From: Minisyncoccota bacterium
GTDB taxonomy: Bacteria; Patescibacteriota; Minisyncoccia; Minisyncoccales; JAQTPW01
Length of the DNA: 64,000 nucleotides
Direction: 5' to 3'
Assembly (NCBI GenBank): GCA_028712565.1
Contig: JAQTPW010000002.1
Coordinates: 35,601-99,600 of the forward strand
In this document: one piece after another, positions 23,151 through 33,261 of the stretch
How the letters are laid out: every line of letters begins with the position of its first letter
Numbering within the stretch: the stretch's first letter is position 1
The notes under the pieces: model-generated
Told to the model about the DNA's origin: nothing
The model's input: the letters and a program-made list of their open reading frames with translations, nothing else
Databases searched by the model: none
Translations under genes and position numbers: made by a program

Positions 23151-25754
23151 ATGCCTTTTACTTGGATAATTATAAGCTATCTTTTGGGTTCCATCCCCTT
23201 TGGTTTTTTGATTTCCAAATTTTCCGGAAAAAATATTTTAGAAATCGGCTGGAAGAAAACTTCCGGCTCCAATGTTTATAAAAACGTCGGGAAACTCCAA
23301 GGGATTTTAACTGGAATTTTAGATATTGCAAAAGGATATTTGGCAGTTTGGTTAGTGCAAAGATTGGGGTTTTCCCCTGAAATTCAGATTTTTTCCGGAG
23401 TCGCAGCAATTTTAGGCCATAACTGGTCATTATTTTTAAAATTTTCCGGGGGCAGAGGAATCGGAACTTTTGCCGGCGCTTTTTTGGCTTTGGCTCCGAA
23501 AGTTTTTGGCTTTTCTTTGATTCCTTTTGTCGCGCTCGCTTTGGTTTGGGATGCTGCAATAGGCACCCTGGCCTTTTTTGTTGCGGCTATTTTTCTTTCC
23601 GCACATTTCAATGAATTTAGGTTATCCGGCGTTTTTACGCTTTTGTCTTTAGGGCCTATTTTGATTAAAAGATTAAGCCCTGTTTCAGAAATTAAAAATT
23701 CAAAAGACAAATTTTCCTTGATCAGGAACCGGCTGATTTTTGACAATGACCAATTTTTAAGAAGTTTTAGGATAAATAGGATTTTTCAGCAGAAAAAAAC
23801 GGGCAAAATTTCTTTAGCTTTTAAAATTATAACTGCCCCGTTTCTTTTGCCGCCAAAATATGGCTGGAGGATTGCAAAATTCGGGGTGAATGCTGCAAAA
23901 AAGCCTCTGGAAAAACTAATTTCCCAAAACAGAGAAAATGTCGTTACTGAACTTACTGTTGAGGATTTTAAAAAAATGATAGTGGCTTCTTCCCAGAAAA
24001 TTGTTTTGCACCAGGAAGAAATAAATAAAATTAATGTTTTTCCCGTTGCCGATAAAGATACAGGTTATAATATGGCTGCCACTTTATTGGGGATTGAAGG
24101 AGTGATCTCCCAAAAAAAATACTCAACCCTTCGCGAACTAACCGACGATATCAAAGAAGCTGCAATGATAAATGCCAGAGGAAATGCTGGAATGATTCTT
24201 ACTGGATACTTAATTGAAATTTTAGACAGAATAAAGCATTTAGAATCTATTGATGCGTTTCACTTGGCTTTGGCAATGAAAAGAGGAATTAAGGCCGCCC
24301 GATTTTCTATAACCTCGCCGGTGGAAGGCACTATTTTAGATGTAATAAAAGCGGCAGGAAACAAAGCTTTTGAAATAGCAAAATTAAAAAATTCAGAAGA
24401 AAAAAAATCAGAAAAAAATATAATCAAGGTTTTGGAAGCCGCCTATTCTGCGGGAGAAATCGCGTTAAAAGAAACTAAAGAAAAATTAGAAGTTTTAAAG
24501 CAAAACGACGTAGTGGACGCAGGAGGTCTTGGGTTTTTGAAGATTTTAGAGGCTTGGGTTGAGAGTTTAAAAGGGATTGCTCCTGCTCCAAGAGTTGAGG
24601 TCACTTCTCCTGTTTCTACACCCGAGGTATTAAGGGAAGGATTAAAATTTAAATATGAAGTTGTTTTAAGCTTTAAAAACGAAAAAGGCATTGGAAAAGA
24701 AGAATTAAGAAAAGAGCTTTCTTTCTTTGGGGATAGTTTGGAAATTTTGGAATTGGAAGGAAAAATAAAATTTCACATTCATACTAACCAGCCAGATTAT
24801 ATTGTTGAGAAATTTAAAGGTTCTCTAGATTTAGAATACAGGGTAGAAGACATGGAAGAAGAATTAAGCAAAATTAAGAAAAGACCTTTGGGTTTGGTGG
24901 TTGATGAAGTTGCAGATTTGCCCAGAGAATTTCTGGAAAAAAATAAGATTGAAGAAGTCCCTTTTACGACAAGGTTTCCCGATGGAGAGATGGCAATTTC
25001 CAAAGAAGAAATTTATACAAAAATGAAGGAAGCATTGATAAAAGGCAGCCCCTTGCCTACTACTTCGGCTCCCACTTTCCAAGAATTTCTTGATGTCTAT
25101 CAAAGGGCTTTCAAAAAATTTGAGAAAATTTTAGTAATTACCGTTTCTTCAAAACTATCAGGAACCTACAGTTCGGCAAGAATTGCCAGGTCTGTTTTCA
25201 AAAAACCGGAAAAGTTAAATATATATGTTTTCGATTGTTTTACAGCCGAGGTTGGAGAGGGGTTAATTGCCCTTCGAGCGCAGGAATTAATTTCTGCAGG
25301 GAAAAAATTGGAAGAAGTTGTCGAAGAATTAAAAAAGTTTTGCCCAAAAATTACTTTAATCGGATGTTTAGATGATTTTAGATATGTTGTCCACGGAGGA
25401 AGAGTCCGTCTGCCAAAAATATTTGTTGGCCCGATCTTTCTTCTGCAAAAAATAGGAATCAGAGTGCTAGTCGGGCTAAAAAACGGCAAGGTGGGTTTTT
25501 TTGGCATAAATTTGGGAAAAGATGTAGCTAAAATTTTGGCAGAAGAAATTTCAAAACAAAGCAAAGGAAAAGAAATAGCAGTGGCTATTGCCCATGCAGA
25601 CAATTTGAAAGCCGCCGAGGATTTAAAAGTGGAATTAGAAAAGGAGCCAAAAGTAAAAGTTTTATTTATTTCTTCAGTGTCCCCTGTTGTGGCGACTCAT
25701 ACGGGTCCCGGCGCCTTGCTCGCCGCTTTTTATTCAAAAAACATTGACAAGTGA
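23151..25754 (+). CDS. triple-domain fusion: PlsY-like acyl-phosphate:glycerol-3-phosphate acyltransferase + Dak2 (FakA/YloV-type kinase) + DegV (FakB-type fatty-acid binding)
   Basis: Residues about 1-195: YLLGSIPFGFLISK..LDIAKGYLAV..LGHNWSLFLKFSGGRGIGT (PlsY pattern, with a diverged GSGN motif). Residues about 270-475: NVFPVADKDTGYNM...NARGNAGMILTG...PVEGTILDV...VVDAGGLGF (Dak2). Residues about 500-570: GDSLEIL..KIKFHIHTNQP (FakA middle region). Residues about 575-867: VVDEVADLP..TTSAPT..VSSKLSGTYSSA..HGGRV..ATHTGPGALL (DegV). Confidence 0.8.
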   Translation: MPFTWIIISYLLGSIPFGFLISKFSGKNILEIGWKKTSGSNVYKNVGKLQGILTGILDIAKGYLAVWLVQRLGFSPEIQIFSGVAAILGHNWSLFLKFSGGRGIGTFAGAFLALAPKVFGFSLIPFVALALVWDAAIGTLAFFVAAIFLSAHFNEFRLSGVFTLLSLGPILIKRLSPVSEIKNSKDKFSLIRNRLIFDNDQFLRSFRINRIFQQKKTGKISLAFKIITAPFLLPPKYGWRIAKFGVNAAKKPLEKLISQNRENVVTELTVEDFKKMIVASSQKIVLHQEEINKINVFPVADKDTGYNMAATLLGIEGVISQKKYSTLRELTDDIKEAAMINARGNAGMILTGYLIEILDRIKHLESIDAFHLALAMKRGIKAARFSITSPVEGTILDVIKAAGNKAFEIAKLKNSEEKKSEKNIIKVLEAAYSAGEIALKETKEKLEVLKQNDVVDAGGLGFLKILEAWVESLKGIAPAPRVEVTSPVSTPEVLREGLKFKYEVVLSFKNEKGIGKEELRKELSFFGDSLEILELEGKIKFHIHTNQPDYIVEKFKGSLDLEYRVEDMEEELSKIKKRPLGLVVDEVADLPREFLEKNKIEEVPFTTRFPDGEMAISKEEIYTKMKEALIKGSPLPTTSAPTFQEFLDVYQRAFKKFEKILVITVSSKLSGTYSSARIARSVFKKPEKLNIYVFDCFTAEVGEGLIALRAQELISAGKKLEEVVEELKKFCPKITLIGCLDDFRYVVHGGRVRLPKIFVGPIFLLQKIGIRVLVGLKNGKVGFFGINLGKDVAKILAEEISKQSKGKEIAVAIAHADNLKAAEDLKVELEKEPKVKVLFISSVSPVVATHTGPGALLAAFYSKNIDK

Positions 25755-25902
25755 AGATTTTTTTACTAAACTTACTTTAGTCCGTCCAAAAACGGATTCG
25801 TTTTTTAAAATAACATAATACTAATCTACGAATATTATTCGAATGATTCTAATACGTATTGGGAGCATTCGGATATAATTAGCAGATTCGGATTATATTA
25901 CT

Positions 25903-27216
25903 ATGTTTGATCTCAAAAATTTTACGTCAGCCATCTCGCAAATCGCAGAAGAAAAAGGAATATCTTATGAAAAAGTAGTTGAAAGCATAGAATCTGCAAT
26001 AGCTGCGGCTTATAAAAAAGATTACGGAGAAAAAGGCCAGATAATAAAAGCGAAACTCGATCCCCAATCGGGCGAAGTTAAGTTTTGGCAGGTAAAATTA
26101 GCAGTTAATAAAGACATGATTTATTCTGAAAAGGAATTGGAGGAATTAAAAGAAAAAAGCTTACAGGCAGAAAATGAAAAACAAGAGGGAGAAAAAGAAG
26201 GAGAGAAAAAAGTCCGTTTTAATCCCGAAAGGCATATTATGCTAGAAGACGCCAAAAAAATAGATCCAAAGATAAAAACCGGCGAAGAGTTGGAAACCCT
26301 GCTCGAAACCAAAGCCGACTACGGGAGAATTGCAGCCCAAACAGCAAAACAAGTGATTTTACAAAAGATCAGGGAGGCAGAAAGAGAAACGATTTTAAGC
26401 GAATATAAATCAAAAGAAGGAGAATTAATTTCAGGCATTGTCCAGAGGATTGAAGGAAGAAATATATTTTTTGATATTGGGAAAACTTTGGGAGTTTTAA
26501 CAAGAGAAGAGCAAATTCCCGGGGAATTTTACAGGCCGGGCCAGAGATTAAAGGTTTATATTTTAAAAGTTGAAGAAAGCCCAAAGGGGCCGTTGGTGTT
26601 TTTGTCGCGCGCTTATCCAAAATTAATTTCAAAACTTTTTGAATTGGAGGTTCCGGAAGTATCTTCCGGCTCTGTGGTCATTAAATCAATTGCCAGAGAA
26701 GCAGGTTCAAGGTCAAAAATTGCCGTTGCCTCAACTGTTGAAGGAGTAGATCCTATTGGTTCTATGGTTGGGCAAAGAGGAACAAGGGTTATGGCAGTAA
26801 TTAACGAGTTGGGCGGAGAAAAAATTGATATTATTGAATGGTCGGATGATCCGCAAAGATTTATTGCCAATTCCTTGTCCCCTGCAAAAGCAGTAGAAGT
26901 AAAAATTCTTCCCAAAAACAAGGCCTTAGTTATCATACCTGATGACCAGCTGTCTTTGGCTATTGGCAAAGAAGGGCAGAATGTGAGATTGGCGGCAAAA
27001 CTTACCGGCTGGAAAATTGATGTCAGAAGCCCGGGGCAGGTTGAAAGCGAAGCAGCAGAAGCGAATGAAGTTGATAAAGCGAGTAAAGCGGATGAAGAAA
27101 AAGAAGAGATTAAAGAGGCCAAAGACGATAAAGAGATTAAAAAAGAGGAAAAAACGAAAGAAAAGCCGGCTTCAAAAAAGAAAAACTCAAAAACAAAGTT
27201 AAAAAATAAAAAATAA
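25903..27216 (+). CDS. nusA: transcription termination/antitermination factor NusA
   Basis: N-terminal domain, S1 domain and two KH domains (GQRGTRV.., GKEGQNVRLAAKLTGWKIDV), followed by a K/E-rich tail. Confidence 0.9.
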   Translation: MFDLKNFTSAISQIAEEKGISYEKVVESIESAIAAAYKKDYGEKGQIIKAKLDPQSGEVKFWQVKLAVNKDMIYSEKELEELKEKSLQAENEKQEGEKEGEKKVRFNPERHIMLEDAKKIDPKIKTGEELETLLETKADYGRIAAQTAKQVILQKIREAERETILSEYKSKEGELISGIVQRIEGRNIFFDIGKTLGVLTREEQIPGEFYRPGQRLKVYILKVEESPKGPLVFLSRAYPKLISKLFELEVPEVSSGSVVIKSIAREAGSRSKIAVASTVEGVDPIGSMVGQRGTRVMAVINELGGEKIDIIEWSDDPQRFIANSLSPAKAVEVKILPKNKALVIIPDDQLSLAIGKEGQNVRLAAKLTGWKIDVRSPGQVESEAAEANEVDKASKADEEKEEIKEAKDDKEIKKEEKTKEKPASKKKNSKTKLKNKK

Positions 27217-27231
27217 GCTAATTAAAAACCT

Positions 27232-29238
27232 ATGTCATACTTTCCAATTATCGTTTCGGTTTTTTCGCTTTTATTCACTTATTTTTTAATCAGAGAAATC
27301 CAGAGAAAGCCATCGGGCGAAGGAAAACAAATAGGGATTTCTGCAGCCATTAAAGAAGGAGCTAAATCTTATTTAGCGAGACAATATAAAACAATTGCTT
27401 TAGTCGGGACGGTTTTATTTATAATTCTTTGGGCGATACCAAATTCCAAACCAGATTCCAATTTCGGATTCAAAACAGCTGTGGGATTTTTGGTCGGAGC
27501 TTTGGCTTCCGGGCTTTCCGGATATATCGGCATGATGGTTTCAACTTCAGTTAATGTAAAAGTTACTGAAGCCGCAAAAAAAGGGCTAAAAGAGGCATTT
27601 TCTTTATCTTTTAAGGGAGGTTCAGTCACGGGATTTTTGGTAGTGGGGTTGGCGCTTTTGGCAGTTTCTGGATTTTATTATTTAACTAAAGATTTAAAAT
27701 ATCTGGTGGCTCTTGGCTTTGGGGGATCTTTAATCTCGGTTTTTGCAAGATTGGGCGGAGGCATTTACACAAAAGCTGCAGATGTGGGAGCGGATTTGGT
27801 AGGAAAAGTAGAAAAAGGAATTCCAGAAGACGACCCAAGAAATCCAGCAGTAATTGCCGACCAAGTTGGAGACAATGTCGGGGATTGCGCAGGCATGGCA
27901 GCAGATTTATTTGAAACTTATGCAGTGACCGCAATTGCCGCAATGATTTTGGGGAATTTATTATTTCCTAATTCCCAGTTAGCTTTGCTTCCTTTAATTT
28001 TGGGAGCTATTTCAATTTTAAGTTCTATTATCGGAACCTTCTTTGTGCGGCTTGGCAAATCTCAAAATATAATGGGTGCCCTTTACAAAGGATTAATAGT
28101 TTCAGCAATTTTGGCAGCAGTGGGTTTTTATTTTGCCATAAATCAAATTACGATCCCTGATGCAAGTTTCACAAAAATTAACCTTTATTTTGCAGCAATA
28201 ATTGGATTGTTAATTACTGCCGGCATGGTTTTGATAACAGAATATTTTACTTCAAGGAAATATCAGCCGGTAAAATCAATTGCTCAAGCTTCTGAATCAG
28301 GCCACGCCACAAATATAATTACGGGTTTGGCAGTAGGGATGAAGTCAACTGCTCTCCCGGCAATTTTAATTTCTCTCGGCATTTTAGTAAGTTATAATTT
28401 GGCCGGCCTTTATGGAATAGCAATTTCTACAATGAGCATGCTTTCTTTGGCGGGAATTATTGTGGCAATAGATGCTTACGGCCCCATCACCGACAATGCC
28501 GGCGGCATTGCTGAAATGTCAGGTTTGCCAGATGAAGTCAGAGAAGTTACAGATGCCTTGGACGCAGTCGGAAACACAACAAAAGCTGTTACCAAGGGTT
28601 ATGCCATAGCTTCTGCAGGATTGGCGGCCTTGGTGCTTTTTTCTTCATATACTCAGGATTTATTGAAATCGGAAAGAAATTTTGATTTTGGGCTAAATAA
28701 TCCAAAAATAATAGCCGGTCTGTTAATTGGCGGGCTTTTGCCTTATCTATTTGGATCCTATGCAATGTCCGCAGTTGGAAGGGCGGCGTCAAAAGTCGTT
28801 GATGAAGTCAGAAGGCAGTTTAAGGAAATTAAGGGCTTGATGGAAGGGGAAGCAAAGCCAGAGTACGGGAAAAGCGTAGACATTGTTGCAAAAGCCGCAA
28901 TAAAAGAAATGTTATTGCCTACTTTACTTCCTATTTTGACTGTAATTTTAGTGGGGTTTGTTTTAGGGCCCGAAGCTTTGGGAGGAGTTTTAATTGGTTC
29001 AATTATTACCGGCCTTTTTGTAGCAATTTCTATGACTTCAGGCGGGGCTGCTTGGGATAATGCGAAAAAATATATTGAGGCGGGGAATTTAGGAGGCAAA
29101 GGGTCTTTTGCCCATCAGGCGGCAGTAACAGGAGATACAGTCGGAGATCCTTACAAAGATACAGCAGGGCCTGCTATTAATCCCATGATTAAAGTATTAA
29201 ATATTGTAGCTTTGTTAATTGTTAGTTTTTTGATTTAA
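27232..29238 (+). CDS. hppA: membrane-bound ion-translocating pyrophosphatase
   Basis: 668 aa, multi-TM. Motifs [33 protein letters not shown] and [15 protein letters not shown]. Confidence 0.95.
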   Translation: MSYFPIIVSVFSLLFTYFLIREIQRKPSGEGKQIGISAAIKEGAKSYLARQYKTIALVGTVLFIILWAIPNSKPDSNFGFKTAVGFLVGALASGLSGYIGMMVSTSVNVKVTEAAKKGLKEAFSLSFKGGSVTGFLVVGLALLAVSGFYYLTKDLKYLVALGFGGSLISVFARLGGGIYTKAADVGADLVGKVEKGIPEDDPRNPAVIADQVGDNVGDCAGMAADLFETYAVTAIAAMILGNLLFPNSQLALLPLILGAISILSSIIGTFFVRLGKSQNIMGALYKGLIVSAILAAVGFYFAINQITIPDASFTKINLYFAAIIGLLITAGMVLITEYFTSRKYQPVKSIAQASESGHATNIITGLAVGMKSTALPAILISLGILVSYNLAGLYGIAISTMSMLSLAGIIVAIDAYGPITDNAGGIAEMSGLPDEVREVTDALDAVGNTTKAVTKGYAIASAGLAALVLFSSYTQDLLKSERNFDFGLNNPKIIAGLLIGGLLPYLFGSYAMSAVGRAASKVVDEVRRQFKEIKGLMEGEAKPEYGKSVDIVAKAAIKEMLLPTLLPILTVILVGFVLGPEALGGVLIGSIITGLFVAISMTSGGAAWDNAKKYIEAGNLGGKGSFAHQAAVTGDTVGDPYKDTAGPAINPMIKVLNIVALLIVSFLI

Positions 29239-29242
29239 AAAA

Positions 29243-29266
29243 GCACCGAGTAATTTTACTCGGTGC
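29243..29266. terminator. bidirectional hairpin between convergent hppA and the 29256-29942 gene
   Basis: gcaccgagta-attt-tactcggtgc. It overlaps the last codons of the minus-strand ORF. Confidence 0.55.
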
Positions 29267-29942
29267 AAACGTTTAATCCGAAATTCTTAGCTCTTTTTAT
29301 AAAACTTTCTTTGTCTTCGTCGGGCCACGGAAGATACTTTATATAGTCCGGACTTTTGAACGCGTAGAGCAATAAATCAATTATTTGTTTTGATGAATTG
29401 CTAAGGCGTACCACCGTTTCTTTTTTTGCCGCGAAAATCTGGCCGGTTATTATTGTTGGTATATTTGGATAATAAACATTAACTAAGTTCACCTGATGGT
29501 TATTTTCGCCGCTTATCATTATTTTTTCTTCAGATATAATCCAGCCATACGAGATGCAAGTCGGGGAATACAGGAAAAGGCAGGGTGTGAGATGTGATAA
29601 TCTTTCGAAAGTCATTATCTGGCCTTCTCCGAAAAAAAGTCCGAGTACGGGAATTTTAGAAAAGAATTTATTTATGGGAGTTTTCCGGAGTAAGTATCCG
29701 GTTGACAAAAAAATTAGCAGCAAAATCAAGCTTGCGACGCCAGGATAAATTATTTTCCCCGGGAAAAAAAGATGGCCGATTTCCCCGCCTATTGCCTCGA
29801 GATTAGCGAAAGCATACCACACAATAATAATAAAAATAGCGATTGGCAACCAGAAAATAAAACCATATAAAAGATAACCAGCCTGGTTTTTAAAGAACTT
29901 TTTCATCGGTTTGCCCTCCTCATCTGCTAAATAGTTAAACAT
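29256..29942 (-). CDS. DUF502-like membrane protein
   Basis: Two N-terminal TM helices. The C-terminal pattern VYYPNIPTIITGQIF...V..L..S....IDLLL resembles DUF502 as I recall it. Confidence 0.45.
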   Translation of the reverse strand: MFNYLADEEGKPMKKFFKNQAGYLLYGFIFWLPIAIFIIIVWYAFANLEAIGGEIGHLFFPGKIIYPGVASLILLLIFLSTGYLLRKTPINKFFSKIPVLGLFFGEGQIMTFERLSHLTPCLFLYSPTCISYGWIISEEKIMISGENNHQVNLVNVYYPNIPTIITGQIFAAKKETVVRLSNSSKQIIDLLLYAFKSPDYIKYLPWPDEDKESFIKRAKNFGLNVCTE

Positions 29943-29972
29943 ATTATAAGTTAATAATCAATATTATAAATA

Positions 29973-31247
29973 ATGAAATTCACAATAAAAAAATTACCGA
30001 AATCAAAAATTGAATTGACGATCGAAGTTTCTACAAAAGAGCTAGAGAGTTTTGAGAAAACAGCAATTCTTAATTTAGGAAAAGAAATAAAATTAGAAGG
30101 ATTCAGGCCGGGCCATATTCCCGAAGATATTATTGAAAAAACAATCGGCAAGGAGAAAATTTTAGCAGAGGCCGCTGAATTAGCTATTAAAGAAAATTAC
30201 AGGAAAGCAATTTTAGAAAATAAAATAGAACCTTTAGGTCAGGCAGAAATCGAAATTTTAAAATTAGCTACGGGGAATCCCTTGGAATTCAAAGCGACCG
30301 TTTCTGTTCTTCCAGAAATAGGCCTGCCAGATTACAAAAAAATTGCAGCTTCGGTCAAAAAAAAGCCAGTAGAGATAGCCGAAAAAGAAATTGATGATTC
30401 TTTGCTTTGGCTTCAGAAATCCCGGGCAAAATTTTCTTTGAAACAAGAACCCAGCCAAAAAGGCGATTTTTTAGGAATAGAATACAATTCTCCTCAATTG
30501 GAAAATGGAAAAGCCTTCAAAGATAATTTCATTTTAGGAGAGGGCCATTTTTTGCCTGACTTTGAAAAAGAATTGGAGAATTTGCAAAATGGAGCCGAGA
30601 AAAATTTTTCTGTTAAGTTCCCAAAAAATCATTCTCAAAAAGATCTGGCCGGGAAAGATGTTGATTTTAAGGTAAAAGTTAATTCTGTCCAAAAAATGGA
30701 GCTGCCGGAAATCAACGATGAGTTTGCAAAAAATCTGGGAAATTTCGAAAACACAGAAGCTTTGAAGAAGAGCATTAGAGAGGGATTGGATGTTGAGAAA
30801 GAAAATGAGGAAAAGCAAAGGGTTCGCCAAGAAATTTTGGACAAAATTTCCCAAAATTCCAATTTTGAAATTCCGGATATTTTGATTGAATCAGAAAAAC
30901 ATCATGTTTTGGAGGATTTAAAAGCGCGAGTTTCCCAGGGTTTGCAGATTTCTTTTGAAGATTATCTTTCAAAAATTGGCAAATCCGAAAAAGAATTATT
31001 GGATTCATTCGCTTCTCAAGCTGAAAAAAGGGTGCGGGACTCTTTGGTTTTAAGAGAAATCGGAAAGAAGGAAAATATTTCAGTTTCGGAAAAAGAGTCT
31101 GCGGAAGAAATTAATAAAATTTTAATGCGTTATCCTGATATAAAGAAGGCAGAAGCGGAAATTGACTTGGCAAATTTAAAGGCTTATACTGAAGAAGTAA
31201 TTCGTAATGAAAAAACTTTCCAGCTTCTGGAAAGTTTTATAAGATAA
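29973..31247 (+). CDS. tig: trigger factor
   Basis: N-terminal ribosome-binding domain with the GFRPGH motif, typical length, and synteny with clpP. Confidence 0.9.
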   Translation: MKFTIKKLPKSKIELTIEVSTKELESFEKTAILNLGKEIKLEGFRPGHIPEDIIEKTIGKEKILAEAAELAIKENYRKAILENKIEPLGQAEIEILKLATGNPLEFKATVSVLPEIGLPDYKKIAASVKKKPVEIAEKEIDDSLLWLQKSRAKFSLKQEPSQKGDFLGIEYNSPQLENGKAFKDNFILGEGHFLPDFEKELENLQNGAEKNFSVKFPKNHSQKDLAGKDVDFKVKVNSVQKMELPEINDEFAKNLGNFENTEALKKSIREGLDVEKENEEKQRVRQEILDKISQNSNFEIPDILIESEKHHVLEDLKARVSQGLQISFEDYLSKIGKSEKELLDSFASQAEKRVRDSLVLREIGKKENISVSEKESAEEINKILMRYPDIKKAEAEIDLANLKAYTEEVIRNEKTFQLLESFIR

Positions 31248-31248
31248 T

Positions 31249-31851
31249 ATGAATCCAAAAAACATAAACTTAATCCCGACAGTAATTGAAAAATCCCAAT
31301 ACGGCGAGCGGGCTTACGACATTTACTCCCGGCTTTTAAAAGAAAGGATTATTTTTCTGGGCAGTCCAATAGTTGACGATGTGGCAAACTCCATTATTGC
31401 CCAAATGCTTTTTTTGGCCTCTCAAGACCCAAAAAAAGAAATCCAGTTTTATATTAATTCTCCGGGCGGAGTTTTGACTGCGGCTTTGGCAATTTATGAC
31501 ACTATGCAGTATGTAAAATGCCCGATTTCGACTGTTTGTATAGGCTCTGCCGCTTCCGCGGCAGCGGTATTATTAGCTGCCGGGGCAAAAGGAAAAAGAT
31601 TTTCTTTGCCAAATTCCCAGATTCTTTTGCATCAGGTGGCAGTAAGCGGAATTTCCGGCCAGGCGGTGGAAGTTGAAATCGCGGCAAAACAGATTCTCAA
31701 ATTAAAAGAAAAAGTAAATAAAATTCTAGCAAAACATACGGGTCAACCCTTAGATAAGATGGAAAGAGATACTGATCGGGACTTTTATTTGACGGCTGAC
31801 GAGGCAAAAGATTACGGAGTTATTGATGAAGTTATAAAGACAAAAGAGTAA
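31249..31851 (+). CDS. clpP: ATP-dependent Clp protease proteolytic subunit
   Basis: [22 protein letters not shown], and a catalytic Ser/His context ([13 protein letters not shown]). Confidence 0.95.
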   Translation: MNPKNINLIPTVIEKSQYGERAYDIYSRLLKERIIFLGSPIVDDVANSIIAQMLFLASQDPKKEIQFYINSPGGVLTAALAIYDTMQYVKCPISTVCIGSAASAAAVLLAAGAKGKRFSLPNSQILLHQVAVSGISGQAVEVEIAAKQILKLKEKVNKILAKHTGQPLDKMERDTDRDFYLTADEAKDYGVIDEVIKTKE

Positions 31852-31869
31852 ATAAGCTTCTTTTGAATC

Positions 31870-31899
31870 AAAAAATCCTTGTTCTTGCAAGGATTTTTT
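31870..31899 (+). terminator. rho-independent terminator after clpP
   Basis: aaaaaatccttg-ttct-tgcaaggatttttt. Confidence 0.6.
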
Positions 31900-31928
31900 G
31901 ATTTTCTTATTTGTGTTATCATAAAGTA

Positions 31929-32441
31929 ATGCTAAACAAATTTTTCCCCAAAAAAACTTTTTATATTCTGATTTTAATAATTTTATTTGCAGTTTTTTCC
32001 CTTCTCGCTTATTTTTTAGGGTACAATAAGGCAAAAAGAATTTACCAGTCCGTCGAAGGGTCAAGGGCAAATCCTGCGGATTTTGGCGCAGGTTCCGAAG
32101 GAGAAATAACGGTAAAAGATGAAAAAACAGGCAAAGAATCTTATTTAATATCTCCTACTATGCCGTCAATAATAACCAGCACCTCGGGAAAAATTTCTGA
32201 AGTTAACCAAGACAGGATTGTTTTAAGAAGCGACGGCTATAGTTTTGCCGACGGCCTTCCCAGAAATATTACTGCTGTCTTTACGGCAGATACGATAACT
32301 TTCAACAAAAATCAGAGCGTCCACTGGACAGGAAATTCTGGGCTTAAACAGTTAAAGCCCGGAATGAATATTTTAGTCGAGGGAAGCGGAAATATACGGG
32401 GGAAAATCGAATTTGAAGCAAAAACAATTAATATGTTTTAA
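31929..32441 (+). CDS. hypothetical N-terminally anchored protein
   Basis: TM helix after MLNKFFPKK. Start chosen at the second Met of the listed ORF. Confidence 0.4.
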   Translation: MLNKFFPKKTFYILILIILFAVFSLLAYFLGYNKAKRIYQSVEGSRANPADFGAGSEGEITVKDEKTGKESYLISPTMPSIITSTSGKISEVNQDRIVLRSDGYSFADGLPRNITAVFTADTITFNKNQSVHWTGNSGLKQLKPGMNILVEGSGNIRGKIEFEAKTINMF

Positions 32442-32445
32442 AAAA

Positions 32446-33240
32446 ATGAACAAAAATATTTCTTCAAAAAAATCTGCTTTAATAATTGGTATTTTTCTGA
32501 TGTGTTTTGCCGTAACATTTTATATTTTTGCCTGGACAGAACCAACTGCTCCGCCGCCCGGCGATAATGTTTCTGCCCCCATTAATGTCGGCACATCTCC
32601 TCAGGCAAAAGCTGGCAGAATATCTGCTACGGAGTTTTACGACTATAACGATGCAAATTATTATTTAAATCCCAACAGTCAGTCTGCTTTGAAAACAATT
32701 TGTTTGAGTGGCACTTGCCGCGATACTTGGCCCGCAGCCGACTGGACAATTTTTGACTACGAGGCAAATTTCCAATTATATGCTACGGCCCAAACCTATA
32801 GCGGAAATCTTGGAGGCTTGACTGGTGCAGATGTAAAATGCGCCGCGGCCGCAAATAAACCCGCAGGTTTTACCACTTATAAGGCAATTCGGAGCACCGA
32901 TGTTCCTCCGACAGGCAAATGCTATTATAACAGCACCAGCCCTTCTTCTTGCCCCTCGAGTCTGTCTAGTTGGTCTTTCGCTAACAGGTTCAATCAAGTG
33001 GATAATAATCGTGAGGAAGTGGGCATTGCTTGGAAAAACGTAGTTGGCTGGTCAACTTGGAAAACAGGAGCTTGCACTTGTACCGGTTGGACCACTTCCA
33101 GTCCCGCCGATGGCGCTTGCTGGAGCACAATGGCAGAAAATTATCTCGGAGGCGGATTCATGACTTTGTCTGCCTTTTCAGAGTACGTTTCGTCTTACTG
33201 TAGCGAGTATAATCCGATTATTTGTATTGCCAAAAAATAA
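32446..33240 (+). CDS. secreted Cys-containing protein, DUF1554-like
   Basis: N-terminal anchor, then TEPTAPPPGDN. TYSGNLGGLTGADVKCA resembles the DUF1554 motif as I recall it. Confidence 0.5.
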   Translation: MNKNISSKKSALIIGIFLMCFAVTFYIFAWTEPTAPPPGDNVSAPINVGTSPQAKAGRISATEFYDYNDANYYLNPNSQSALKTICLSGTCRDTWPAADWTIFDYEANFQLYATAQTYSGNLGGLTGADVKCAAAANKPAGFTTYKAIRSTDVPPTGKCYYNSTSPSSCPSSLSSWSFANRFNQVDNNREEVGIAWKNVVGWSTWKTGACTCTGWTTSSPADGACWSTMAENYLGGGFMTLSAFSEYVSSYCSEYNPIICIAKK

Positions 33241-33261
33241 GTCAAAAATTTTCCCGCTTTG

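Noticed and set aside
25752-25754. Considered an alternative genetic code (UGA recoding, as in some CPR lineages).
   Set aside because: Full-length conserved genes terminate at TGA (for example the 867-aa fusion ends NIDK-TGA), and no conserved gene appears split at in-frame TGA codons. The standard bacterial code fits.
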